From Candidatus Magasanikiibacteriota bacterium (GTDB lineage Bacteria > Patescibacteriota > Patescibacteriia > Magasanikbacterales > GWA2-37-8): a stretch of 64,000 nucleotides of DNA. The stretch is taken from the NCBI GenBank assembly GCA_030650025.1, contig JAUSEN010000029.1, forward strand, positions 287 to 64,286, given 5' to 3'. Below, one piece after another: positions 35,531-44,741 of the stretch (position 1 is the stretch's first letter; the number at the start of each line of letters is the position of its first letter). The position numbers and the translations under genes were made by a program. The notes below the pieces were generated by a model. The model had not been told where the DNA came from. It worked only from the letters and a program-made list of their open reading frames with translations, and ran no database searches.

Positions 35531-36630
35531 AAGTTTTATATTTTGTTCACCATCTGTTTGGCAAAGACGGTTGGAGTGTTAACGCCCTTAATACTATTGA
35601 GCCCATGGTATCCATGGGTAGGCAGTGCGTAGCAATAGTTAACGAAGTTAACCCCGCCATACCAGTAGTACAGATCGCAATTTTACGCAAGCCCCTGCGG
35701 TATTTGCGATATCCTTTTTTAATTTTTTTAGATCTTTTTAAAATTTTAAAGATAATAAAAAAAGAAAAACCCGATGTCATTCATTTTTTAGTTGAGCCAT
35801 ACGCATTTTTTTCTTATTTTATAAAACTTTTTTTCAATTGCAAACAGGTTCTTACTGTTTGCGGCACTTACGCGGTTTTGCCATATAACCAATTACGAAC
35901 AAAATTATTAAGCATATTATATTACCGCTCCATCGATTTTATTATTTCTATAAGCGGATATACCGCGAGCCGATTACTTAAAATTTTGCCAAAACTTAAA
36001 GATAAAGTCATTGTCATTCCCGCTGGTATTAATTGGGCTGATCTTAAGTCCGCCGCCGCGGCCACCAAACAGACGCCCCAGACAGCCATATCGATAGTTT
36101 TTACCGGTCAAATTAAAGAGCGCAAGGGAGTGCTCGAGGCTCTTCAGGCTCTTAGCCTTTACAAAAATACCTACCATAGTAATTTTATTTTTTCTATTAT
36201 CGGGCAATACGACCGCCATCAAAAATATTGGCAGGAACTAAACGCCTACATCACTGCCAACGGCCTAACAAATAATGTGGAATTTTGCGGGTTACTCCCG
36301 GAAAGTCAGAAGAATGAAAAATTAAAAAATGCCGATCTATTCATAATGCTTTCGCGGGTGGATGGCGACCATTTCGAAGGTTATGGGTTGGTATACCTCG
36401 AGGCTAATGCTTTTGGTGTGCCGGTGATTGGCCCGAATGATAGTGGTACTACTCAACCTATTAAAGATGGTTATTCCGGGTATGTCGTGACCCCGTCGGA
36501 TCCCCGGCAAGTTGTCGAAAAAATTGATTTGATTCTTAATAAACACAGCATCAACGCCCAAAATTGTTTACTCTGGGCAGAGGCTCACGATCGTCGCAAA
36601 ATTTCCCAACAAATTTTTGCACTTTACTAG
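35527..36630 (+). CDS. Glycosyltransferase family 4
   Basis: [37 protein letters not shown]. Confidence 0.6.
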   Translation: MKVLYFVHHLFGKDGWSVNALNTIEPMVSMGRQCVAIVNEVNPAIPVVQIAILRKPLRYLRYPFLIFLDLFKILKIIKKEKPDVIHFLVEPYAFFSYFIKLFFNCKQVLTVCGTYAVLPYNQLRTKLLSILYYRSIDFIISISGYTASRLLKILPKLKDKVIVIPAGINWADLKSAAAATKQTPQTAISIVFTGQIKERKGVLEALQALSLYKNTYHSNFIFSIIGQYDRHQKYWQELNAYITANGLTNNVEFCGLLPESQKNEKLKNADLFIMLSRVDGDHFEGYGLVYLEANAFGVPVIGPNDSGTTQPIKDGYSGYVVTPSDPRQVVEKIDLILNKHSINAQNCLLWAEAHDRRKISQQIFALY

Positions 36631-36665
36631 TAGCTAATTATTATAATAAGCAAGCGTTTGGCATC

Positions 36666-36694
36666 TTGCATAGTTTCAAGAAAACCTATATAGT
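36666..36694 (+). promoter_or_regulatory. Sigma-70-type promoter: TTGCAT, 17 bp spacer, TATAGT upstream of the HAD/DAHPS-like/KdsB-like unit
   Basis: TTGCAT at 36666-36671, a 17-nt spacer, then TATAGT at 36689-36694. It lies 24 nt before the ATG at 36719. Confidence 0.45.
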
Positions 36695-36718
36695 ATTCTT
36701 GTTTTTAAGCCATAAATT

Positions 36719-37366
36719 ATGCCCCTGCAATGGATTTTATTAGATATTGATAATTGCCTGTATAATGGGCTAAATCCAGACGGAAGTTTTACGGAATACA
36801 AACAAAGTATGCGCAACGCTGATGAGGCTTGGGCCGTGATATTAACGAAAGATTTGGCGGGATTGCGTAGTTACCGGCAAAAACGCGCCGAAGAAGTGGG
36901 TATGGATAAGTCACTTTTAGAATTTCTTTTTATCAAGACAGGGAAAGAGTATGGCATCGACCAATTGGCTACTCATCGCAATGGCCCGAACGGCTATAAA
37001 CCTGAGCAGTTCTTAAAGTCCGATCCTGAATTAGTCGCTTGTTTAGGCAATTTGCAAAACGCGGGTTATAAAATTGCGGCGCTCACCGACAATCCAGCCG
37101 GCAAAAGAGTGCTTACAGTGCTTGGACTTTTGCCCAAAATTATTAAAGAAGAGTTTGTCTTTGATAGCACCAGAATGGGCATGCTAAAAAATAAGGAATT
37201 TTATAAAAATGTTTTAGAAATATTGGCCGCTCAAGCTAATGAAGCAATTATGTTCGGCGATTCTCTTTCTTCTGACATTATTCCGGCCGAAGCCGTTGGC
37301 ATTAAGGGTCAATATGCCAAAAATCGTGATGAATTAATGCAACATTTGTGCGCCTTGCTGAAATAA
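36719..37366 (+). CDS. HAD-superfamily phosphatase (possible sugar-acid phosphate phosphatase)
   Basis: The N-terminal DxD motif is LLDIDNCLY and the C-terminal motif is MFGDSLSSD. The protein has a HAD fold. Confidence 0.55.
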   Translation: MPLQWILLDIDNCLYNGLNPDGSFTEYKQSMRNADEAWAVILTKDLAGLRSYRQKRAEEVGMDKSLLEFLFIKTGKEYGIDQLATHRNGPNGYKPEQFLKSDPELVACLGNLQNAGYKIAALTDNPAGKRVLTVLGLLPKIIKEEFVFDSTRMGMLKNKEFYKNVLEILAAQANEAIMFGDSLSSDIIPAEAVGIKGQYAKNRDELMQHLCALLK

Positions 37367-37367
37367 T

Positions 37368-38414
37368 ATGGCTATTAAAATCATCAAAAAAATTCCCAGC
37401 CAAGAGGAAATAGAACAAGCCGCCCCCCTTTCGGCTGTCGGTTACACGGCTATTTTAAAAGATCGTCAGGAAATTTGTGACATTTTATCCGGGAAGGACG
37501 ATCGCCTGCTGTTAATTATTGGACCTTGCTCGGCGTGGCCCTTTGACGCGGTGATTGAATACGCCACTCGTCTAATTTCTTTAAAAAAAGAATTGAATTT
37601 GGAAAAAGAATTTAAAGTTATCATGCGCGTTTATACCCAAAAGCCGCGCACCACTACTGGCTGGAACGGCCCCATTAATCAACCCGATCCGCTGGGCCAA
37701 CCCGATATTGCCGGTGGTATTAAATATACCAGAAAATTAATGGTCCAGCTTATAGAAATGGGTCTGCCCATCGCCAATGAAGCGGTTTTCACTCATGATA
37801 GCATGAAGTTTTTCCCGGATCTACTTTCTTGGATGGCGATTGGCGCGAGGAGCAGTGAAGATCAGGAACATCGCATATACGCTTCGGCGGTTGATTGCCC
37901 GGTCGGAATGAAAAATCCCACCAGTGGATCCATAAAAATCGGCGTTAATAGCATTATCGCGGCGCAAACATCTCAAGTCGCCGTATTTCACGGCCACCAA
38001 ATTGAAAGCAGCGGCAATAAATATGCCCACTTAGTTTTGCGCGGTGGAGAAAGTGGCCCCAATTACGCGACCAAGTTTGTGCTGGAAGCGGGGGACTTAA
38101 TGAAAAAAAATAATATTTTAAATCCGGCTATTATTATTGACGCTAGCCACGATAACTCCAAAGTTGATGGCAAAAAAAATCCTGAACAACAAATTAAGGT
38201 CGTTCAGGAATCAATCGCTGAACTTAAGTCAAACTTGGCTGTAAAAAATTTAGTGAAGGGGTTTATGATCGAAAGTTTTATAAAATCCGGGTCGCAAACA
38301 ATTGATCCGCGTTATCCAGAATCAATTGATCGGGGGGGGCTGTCGGTAACCGATCCCTGTATAAATTGGGAAACAACGGCGGAACTTTTATCGGCAATTT
38401 TTAAAAAAATTTAA
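37368..38414 (+). CDS. DAHP-synthase class I (AroG-type) homolog: 3-deoxy-ulosonate phosphate synthase
   Basis: LLLIIGPCSAWPFDAVIEYA...KVIMRVYTQKPRTTTGWNGPINQPDP closely follows the AroG IGPCS / RVYFEKPRTTVGWKG signature, at about 350 aa. Confidence 0.6.
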   Translation: MAIKIIKKIPSQEEIEQAAPLSAVGYTAILKDRQEICDILSGKDDRLLLIIGPCSAWPFDAVIEYATRLISLKKELNLEKEFKVIMRVYTQKPRTTTGWNGPINQPDPLGQPDIAGGIKYTRKLMVQLIEMGLPIANEAVFTHDSMKFFPDLLSWMAIGARSSEDQEHRIYASAVDCPVGMKNPTSGSIKIGVNSIIAAQTSQVAVFHGHQIESSGNKYAHLVLRGGESGPNYATKFVLEAGDLMKKNNILNPAIIIDASHDNSKVDGKKNPEQQIKVVQESIAELKSNLAVKNLVKGFMIESFIKSGSQTIDPRYPESIDRGGLSVTDPCINWETTAELLSAIFKKI

Positions 38415-38415
38415 T

Positions 38416-39201
38416 ATGTTAACAACCATTGCCATTATTCCCGCCCGTATGGCCTCAAGCCGGTTTCCCGGTAAACCGCTCAAACCAATAGTCGGTATGC
38501 CGATGGTTGGTCATGTTTATAAAAGAACTAAAATGAGCGGGGTAGACGCGGTGTATGTCGCTACTTATGACCAGGCCATTAAAGATTATGTGGAATCAAT
38601 AGGCGGGCAAGCCGTTCTTTTACAGGAAAAATTCGAACGGCCAACGGAATGTACCGCGGCGGCATTGCAAGAGATCGAGAGGGCCACCGGAGAAACGATT
38701 AAAAATATTTTGATGATTCAAGGAGATGAACCGGTAATTTTTCCGGAGACAGTAAATGATTTAGCCGCGGCTGTCAGCCAAAGAGCCAGCGGAGTAGTAA
38801 ATATCGTTAATAATATTCGCGATCGGCAAATTTTTTTAGATAAAAATATTGTTAAAGCCGTTCTTGATCAGCAGGGGAGGATTATCTGGTTTTTTCGTTT
38901 GCCCAGTCTTTTTTGGCAAGAACGTATTGACGAACTTACATCGGTAAAAATTCAGACCGGAATTATTGGTTTTAAGAGAGAGGCCTTGCTTTCTTACGCC
39001 ATGCTTAAATCCACAGATTTTGAAAAGGTCAACTCGGTGGATATGTTTCGCTTTGTGGAACACGGCATTCCCGTGTCAGCGTTGCTTTCTCCGCAGCGCC
39101 TTTATAGCGTTGATACACCCAAAGATCTAGAGTTGGTGAGCGAAATTATGAGTAATGATCCCTTGTTTCAAAAATACAATCAGCATGATAATCGAGGTTA
39201 G
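38416..39201 (+). CDS. KdsB/NeuA-family cytidylyltransferase (CMP-3-deoxy-ulosonate synthetase-like)
   Basis: AIIPARMASSRFPGKPLKPIVGMPMVGHVYKR matches the KdsB N-terminal motif IIPARxxSxRxPGKPL. Confidence 0.65.
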   Translation: MLTTIAIIPARMASSRFPGKPLKPIVGMPMVGHVYKRTKMSGVDAVYVATYDQAIKDYVESIGGQAVLLQEKFERPTECTAAALQEIERATGETIKNILMIQGDEPVIFPETVNDLAAAVSQRASGVVNIVNNIRDRQIFLDKNIVKAVLDQQGRIIWFFRLPSLFWQERIDELTSVKIQTGIIGFKREALLSYAMLKSTDFEKVNSVDMFRFVEHGIPVSALLSPQRLYSVDTPKDLELVSEIMSNDPLFQKYNQHDNRG

Positions 39202-40753
39202 CGTTATTGGCGAAGAGGTGCGTGTAATTGCGGGAAAAATGCAGAAGATTTTTTTTATTCGCGAAAATTTATCTTTGATGTTGGCAAAATTGAAAATGAT
39301 AAATGGTCTTAAATTTAAAAACGGCTCTCCCATCTACGATTCTAGAAAATATGGTTCGATTTCTCTTTGGAGTTTTTTTCAGGATTTTATTTTTTGGAAA
39401 CGATTGTATTTTTTTGTTAGGTTTTCCGAAGTAATTAAATTTATCACGGAGCAAAAATATACTCATATTTTAGTTAATAATCGAGAGTTGGCGGGCGTGC
39501 TACAAATGCTGCCCGGATTGAAGGTAAAATCAAAAAAGAATTTTTTAGCCTATCCCGCGCGATTGGTTTTAAAAGTATTTGGTTTTTTTATAAGTCATTT
39601 GGCAATTTTAATCCTATGGCTAAGAAAAACTCCCTACCTCGTTTATTCTCCGGATATTGCCGTTGGAAAATATGCTTGCGATTTTCGCTTAACCTCACTT
39701 TACGAATTTTTAATGTCGCGAAAAATTAAATTTCAAGAAATATTTCATACTAATATCGGGCTTAATTTTATCAGAAATTTTGTGCGGCGCTGGCGCGGCG
39801 TTTTATACTTGGAATCTTTAGTATTTTTTACCTCCAAAACAGATTTTAATCCTGCGGCGGTATCCTGGCCAAATTTGCCTGATTATGAAAGATTTTTTTT
39901 GGGTTTGGTTTTGAAAGAAGTGGATCGCATGTGTAATCACAGCGCTAAATTAATTAAAAAATTGATATTTATATTTAAGTACAGTAATGTAAAAAAATTG
40001 GCGGCTTTGGATGACATGAGGTACACCAACGAGCTCATTATTGCTTGCCGCGAAAATAGTATCGCCACTTTTGGTTTTCAGCATGGGCAATTTACGAAGT
40101 ATCATATCGGTTGGATGCATTATGATATGCCGCCAGAAAACAGCGTAACCTTTGACACCCTGTTTGTCTGGAATTCCTATTGGCAAAATATTCTTTGCCA
40201 GTATAGTCTTAAATATACCCTAGAGAACACAGCCATTTCGGGGGCACCTAAGAAATTTTTTGGCGAAGTAAAAAAGCGCGATAAACCAGCGTCACCAAAA
40301 AATCTGCTCATTTTATTTGAGTCATTTGTTTCTAAAAACGAAATTCAGCCTTATATCAATCGACTATTGGATTGTGGGTTTGTTTTATATTTAAGTTTGC
40401 GTCCCGACCTGCCTAAAAATGCGCAATTACAGCGTTATGGCTTAGTTGGTAATAATAGTGTGCAAGTGGTAAGTAAATTGGATGCTCAAATTATAAGCGA
40501 GCTTGATGCCGTTGTGGGTGTGCATAGTACGTTACTTAGTGAATTGATGTATTATGATTTGCCGGTTTTTCAAATTGAGTCCAGTTTTGATTTGGGGCAT
40601 CAATTAAGAGATAATTCGCTGTCAATTGCCTTGCCTAAAAATTTTACAACCGAATATATTAATTCGGCGATTGATTCATTCCAGTCAAAAAAGAACGTAG
40701 TTTGGCCATCGGCGCCGTCAATTAACGAAACATATCAAAAAATATTTAGTTAG
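39185..40753 (+). CDS. Hypothetical protein (about 520 aa). Possible glycosyl or ulosonic-acid transferase by context only.
   Basis: Large soluble ORF overlapping the end of the kdsB-like gene. I recognise no motif. The start is set at the ATG at 39185. Confidence 0.3.
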   Translation: MIIEVSVIGEEVRVIAGKMQKIFFIRENLSLMLAKLKMINGLKFKNGSPIYDSRKYGSISLWSFFQDFIFWKRLYFFVRFSEVIKFITEQKYTHILVNNRELAGVLQMLPGLKVKSKKNFLAYPARLVLKVFGFFISHLAILILWLRKTPYLVYSPDIAVGKYACDFRLTSLYEFLMSRKIKFQEIFHTNIGLNFIRNFVRRWRGVLYLESLVFFTSKTDFNPAAVSWPNLPDYERFFLGLVLKEVDRMCNHSAKLIKKLIFIFKYSNVKKLAALDDMRYTNELIIACRENSIATFGFQHGQFTKYHIGWMHYDMPPENSVTFDTLFVWNSYWQNILCQYSLKYTLENTAISGAPKKFFGEVKKRDKPASPKNLLILFESFVSKNEIQPYINRLLDCGFVLYLSLRPDLPKNAQLQRYGLVGNNSVQVVSKLDAQIISELDAVVGVHSTLLSELMYYDLPVFQIESSFDLGHQLRDNSLSIALPKNFTTEYINSAIDSFQSKKNVVWPSAPSINETYQKIFS

Positions 40754-40754
40754 T

Positions 40755-41480
40755 ATGTCTCTAATTAAGTTAGTAAAAAAAATTAGCGGTGATTTTAAAC
40801 AAATTTTTGGTTATCCAAAATGCGATTATGGGACAGATTATACTGTGGATTACCAAAAATATTGGTTACAGCGGCGCGGCCTTGGTCCCGTATCTTTAAG
40901 CCCATGGCAAACCCAGCGGGCCGCTTGGGCGTTAAGTTTATTCGAAACGGGATCATCCATTCTTGACGTTGGTTGGAAGGACGGTGACGTGGTGGGATTT
41001 TTATGTGAACAAGGGGGTTATAAACGTATTGACGCCAGTATTGATGAAAATGTTCTATTGCTCGCCAAAAGCCTTGGTATTAGTAACGTTGGTATCAATT
41101 TTTCTGACCTTGAAGCCATTGATAAGTTGGGAATGGCGGACTATATTTTGGGTTTTGATATCTTAGAGCATGTGGGCAATAGCGAGACTGTTCTTTTCCA
41201 CTTACTTAAGAAAGCTAACAAAGGCCTGTTGGTTTCGTTTCCCAACTCCGGTTATTTTGCGCATCGACTGCGCCTTCTGTTTGGCCGTTTTCCCTTGCAG
41301 TGGCGCACGCACCCTGGCGAGCACCTTCGTTTTTGGACAGTGCGCGATATGAGATTTTGGTTAAATTCTTTAGGTTTAAAAAAACAAGCGCGAATAATTT
41401 TATATGAAGGGATACCGATTTTAAACAAAGTTTTCCCTAAATTATTTGCTCAAGGAATCCTCATTTTTATCAAAAAGTAA
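40755..41480 (+). CDS. MetW-like SAM methyltransferase paralog with a degenerate SAM motif I
   Basis: FPNSGYFAHRLRLLFGRFPLQWRTHPGEHLRFWTVRDMRFW is shared with the downstream paralog, but motif I reads LDVGWKDGD instead of DIGCGDG. Confidence 0.5.
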   Translation: MSLIKLVKKISGDFKQIFGYPKCDYGTDYTVDYQKYWLQRRGLGPVSLSPWQTQRAAWALSLFETGSSILDVGWKDGDVVGFLCEQGGYKRIDASIDENVLLLAKSLGISNVGINFSDLEAIDKLGMADYILGFDILEHVGNSETVLFHLLKKANKGLLVSFPNSGYFAHRLRLLFGRFPLQWRTHPGEHLRFWTVRDMRFWLNSLGLKKQARIILYEGIPILNKVFPKLFAQGILIFIKK

Positions 41481-41487
41481 TTAGGGT

Positions 41488-42204
41488 ATGAAGCAGTTTT
41501 TGGTTAGATTAAAAAATGATGTCAGCCAGATTTTTGGCTACCCCATATGCGCGTATGGCCAGGATTTTTCGGTTGATTACCAAAAATATTGGGAGCGTCG
41601 CCGCGATAGTGGTACGGCCGTACTAACCGCGTGGCAGAAACAACGCGCGGCTGAGGCTCTTAAAATTATTACTCCCGGCGCCACGGTTATGGACATTGGC
41701 TGTGGCGATGGCGCCATTCTTGATTTCATGCGTTCAGCCTCCCGTATCAAAGGCATCGGTGTCGATATTGATTCATCAATTTTAGAGAGTGCCAAAAAGT
41801 TAGGTGTTCAAACAGTCTGCGCGGATATTAATGATCTTTCCGCTGTCGACGCGTTTCCCGCAGCTGATTATATAATAGCTTTTGAAGTTTTAGAGCATAT
41901 GCCCAGCCCAGAAAGATTTATCGCGCATATTCTCAAGAAGGCTACGCAGGGGCTCATTTTTTCCGTGCCAAACACCGGTTATTACGCGCATCGCTTGCGC
42001 CTGGCGTCTGGTCGTTTTCCTCTCCAATGGGTAGCGCATCCCGGCGAACATCTTCGTTTTTGGACCGTGCGCGATATGCGTTTTTGGGTCGCGTCGCTCG
42101 GTTTAAAAATAGAGAAATTAGTCTTGTATCAGGGTCTGCCTGTTCTCAATAAAATTTTTCCTAAATTATTTAGCCAAGGCATGATTGTTTTTATTAAAAA
42201 ATAA
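41488..42204 (+). CDS. MetW-like class I SAM-dependent methyltransferase
   Basis: Motif I MDIGCGDGAILDF, plus VPNTGYYAHRLRLASGRFPLQWVAHPGEHLRFWTVRDMRFW. Confidence 0.55.
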   Translation: MKQFLVRLKNDVSQIFGYPICAYGQDFSVDYQKYWERRRDSGTAVLTAWQKQRAAEALKIITPGATVMDIGCGDGAILDFMRSASRIKGIGVDIDSSILESAKKLGVQTVCADINDLSAVDAFPAADYIIAFEVLEHMPSPERFIAHILKKATQGLIFSVPNTGYYAHRLRLASGRFPLQWVAHPGEHLRFWTVRDMRFWVASLGLKIEKLVLYQGLPVLNKIFPKLFSQGMIVFIKK

Positions 42205-42208
42205 TTAT

Positions 42209-43675
42209 ATGAAATTATTTTTAATTAACTGGGGTCATCGTGAACCGCTTACCGCGGACATTGCTCATGATTTAGAAACACAAGGTCACCAAGTTTTGTA
42301 TTGGGTGCGTTCTAATAAGAATTTTAGAGTTGATGCTTCAAAATACCCCCATACCATTATTCAGGATTGGAACGATGCCATGGCGTGCCGGGCGCCCCAG
42401 GGGATAGACAAAGAAGCCTTTCCAGTACCCAGTAAAAATTTGCTAGCGCAATTCGCGGCCGAGGAACTTTTGGCTGTTTGCCTGCTCGACCGCGACTACC
42501 CGGAATATTCCGCTACTCAAAAGAGCGAAATTTATCATGATTATTTTCGTTTTTGGTATGGGCTAATTTTTCAAAAAAAGCCTGATGTCATTGTTTTCTC
42601 CGATACCCCGCATCGTGTGGTGGATTTCATGATTTATTCTGTTGCCAAAAAATTAGGTCTGCCGGTTATTTTATTTGGCGCTACAGTCATCGGCGACCGG
42701 AGTTATATCGCCTATGACTACGACCAAGGCTTTACCACGGGGTTTAAGCCCGGTCAAAACGCGCGCCTCGAGAATTTGAGTGTTGACATCGCGCTATATT
42801 ATAAAAATCAAACATCAGGCGCGGTTGATAACACTCCAATTTATATGAAACAGCAGGACGCGTACTTTTCTTGGGCGCGCAAATTAAAACGCAAGCTCAT
42901 GCACGCGCCTCGTCTTTTAGTCAAAATGGACCTCGTCGGACCCTTACAAAGAAATTTGCGTGACCTGGCGACGTATATTGGCTTCGGTGACGATATGATC
43001 AAAAAATATTGTCAACTGCAAAAGCCAGTAGATTACAATAGTAAATATGTCTACGTCCCTCTTCATTATCAACCCGAGCGCACGACTATGCCACAGGGTG
43101 GAGTATTTATGGACCAAATTTTAATGGTGCGTACCGTGGCCGCCGCCTTGCCGGCCGGGTGGAATATCTATGTAAAAGAGCACCGCTCCCAGTGGTATTT
43201 ATCTGGTCGCAGGCCATCTCAATTTCGGGCCTCGGATTATTACGAACGCTTGGCACAAATTCGGAATGTTACTCTTATTTCCGCTAATGAGAGTAGCTTT
43301 AAATTAATTAAAAGCGCCCAGGCAGTTGTAACTGTAACCGGCACCGCGGGTTGGGAATCAGTTCTGCGCAATGTACCGTCGTTAATTTTTGGCGCGCCCT
43401 GGTATCAGGGTTGCCCGGGCACGTTCCGTGTTTCTAGCGTCGAAGACTGTCATCAATTTTTTGCCGATTTGCAATCGGGTTATAAAATTTCTCAACAAGA
43501 AATAATCGATTTTCTTTACTTTATTGATTGCCACACATTTCATGGTTATTTGCAGACATATCAGCATAGTCAAACAAAGTTGACGGAAATAGAAAATAGA
43601 AATAATATCTTGACAATTTTACTGAATGAAATTGAAAAATTATCGCCCCGAAAAGCTTCCGACTGGTTATTTTGA
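42209..43675 (+). CDS. Hypothetical protein (about 490 aa). Possible capsule-type glycosyltransferase by context.
   Basis: Large soluble ORF between the methyltransferase pair and pseB. The start is set at the ATG at 42209. Confidence 0.3.
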   Translation: MKLFLINWGHREPLTADIAHDLETQGHQVLYWVRSNKNFRVDASKYPHTIIQDWNDAMACRAPQGIDKEAFPVPSKNLLAQFAAEELLAVCLLDRDYPEYSATQKSEIYHDYFRFWYGLIFQKKPDVIVFSDTPHRVVDFMIYSVAKKLGLPVILFGATVIGDRSYIAYDYDQGFTTGFKPGQNARLENLSVDIALYYKNQTSGAVDNTPIYMKQQDAYFSWARKLKRKLMHAPRLLVKMDLVGPLQRNLRDLATYIGFGDDMIKKYCQLQKPVDYNSKYVYVPLHYQPERTTMPQGGVFMDQILMVRTVAAALPAGWNIYVKEHRSQWYLSGRRPSQFRASDYYERLAQIRNVTLISANESSFKLIKSAQAVVTVTGTAGWESVLRNVPSLIFGAPWYQGCPGTFRVSSVEDCHQFFADLQSGYKISQQEIIDFLYFIDCHTFHGYLQTYQHSQTKLTEIENRNNILTILLNEIEKLSPRKASDWLF

Positions 43676-43751
43676 CATCGGGACTTCAAAACTTGATTTT
43701 TTTTGGATTTTTTGTTATAGTTACCAATATTTATAACGTAATAATTGTATT

Positions 43752-44738
43752 ATGATTTTGGAATTTTTAAAAGGAAAGTCAGTTTTAGTTACCGGTGGCA
43801 CTGGCTCTTTCGGCCAAAAATTCATTAAAACTTTGCTTGCCAATAGCGCGGCGCGGCGTATTATTATTTTTAGCCGCGACGAATTTAAGCAGTCGGTTAT
43901 GGCCAGTGAGTTATCCGACCCGGAGCGTCGTTTACGATTTTTTTTAGGCGATGTGCGCGACCTTGATCGCCTACAGATGGCTTTCCACGGAGTTGATTAT
44001 GTTATACACGCGGCCGCGCTTAAGCAGGTCCCCCTGCTCGAATACAACCCATTTGAAGCTATCAAAACTAACATTATTGGCACTCAAAATGTTATTACCG
44101 CCGCTATTAACCAGGGAGTCGCTCGGGTGGTGCTTGTTTCAACCGATAAGGCGGCCAACCCGGCGAATCTATATGGCGCCACCAAGCTGTGCGCCGAGCG
44201 TTTGATGATTAGTGGCAATGCTTATGGTGCTCGCCAGACAATTTTCGGAGTCGTGCGATATGGCAATGTCGTTGGGAGCCGCGGGAGCCTAGTTCAGCTT
44301 GTTGAGGATCAACGCAAAACTGGCACGGTCATGCTGACTCATGAAGACATGACCCGATTTTGGATTACGCTTGATCAGGGCGTTAATTTGGTGCTCTTGG
44401 CGCTAGAAAAAATGCATGGCGGCGAAATTTTTATTCCGAAAGTGCCGAGCATGCGCGTCAAGGAATTTTTACAGACTTTTGCTCCAGACGCTAAAATTAA
44501 AATTATGGGTATTCGTCCCGGAGAAAAACTGCATGAAATTTTGGTTACTCCCGAGGAAGCGCGCCATGCCAAAGATTTTGATACTCATTATATTATTTTG
44601 CCGGAACATGCTAATTGGCCGCACCGTGATAAATACGATAAATTAGGCAAAGTCTTGCCCCACGATTTTTATTTTAGCAGTCAAAATAATACCGATTGGC
44701 TTACCGCGGAATCGCTTAAAAAATTATTGGGAATTTAG
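43752..44738 (+). CDS. pseB: UDP-N-acetylglucosamine 4,6-dehydratase (inverting), PseB/FlaA1-like
   Basis: KSVLVTGGTGSFGQKFIKTLL...RIIIFSRDEFKQ...GDVRD...STDKAANPANLYGATKLCAE matches the PseB/CapD short form. Confidence 0.8.
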   Translation: MILEFLKGKSVLVTGGTGSFGQKFIKTLLANSAARRIIIFSRDEFKQSVMASELSDPERRLRFFLGDVRDLDRLQMAFHGVDYVIHAAALKQVPLLEYNPFEAIKTNIIGTQNVITAAINQGVARVVLVSTDKAANPANLYGATKLCAERLMISGNAYGARQTIFGVVRYGNVVGSRGSLVQLVEDQRKTGTVMLTHEDMTRFWITLDQGVNLVLLALEKMHGGEIFIPKVPSMRVKEFLQTFAPDAKIKIMGIRPGEKLHEILVTPEEARHAKDFDTHYIILPEHANWPHRDKYDKLGKVLPHDFYFSSQNNTDWLTAESLKKLLGI

Positions 44739-44741
44739 GCT

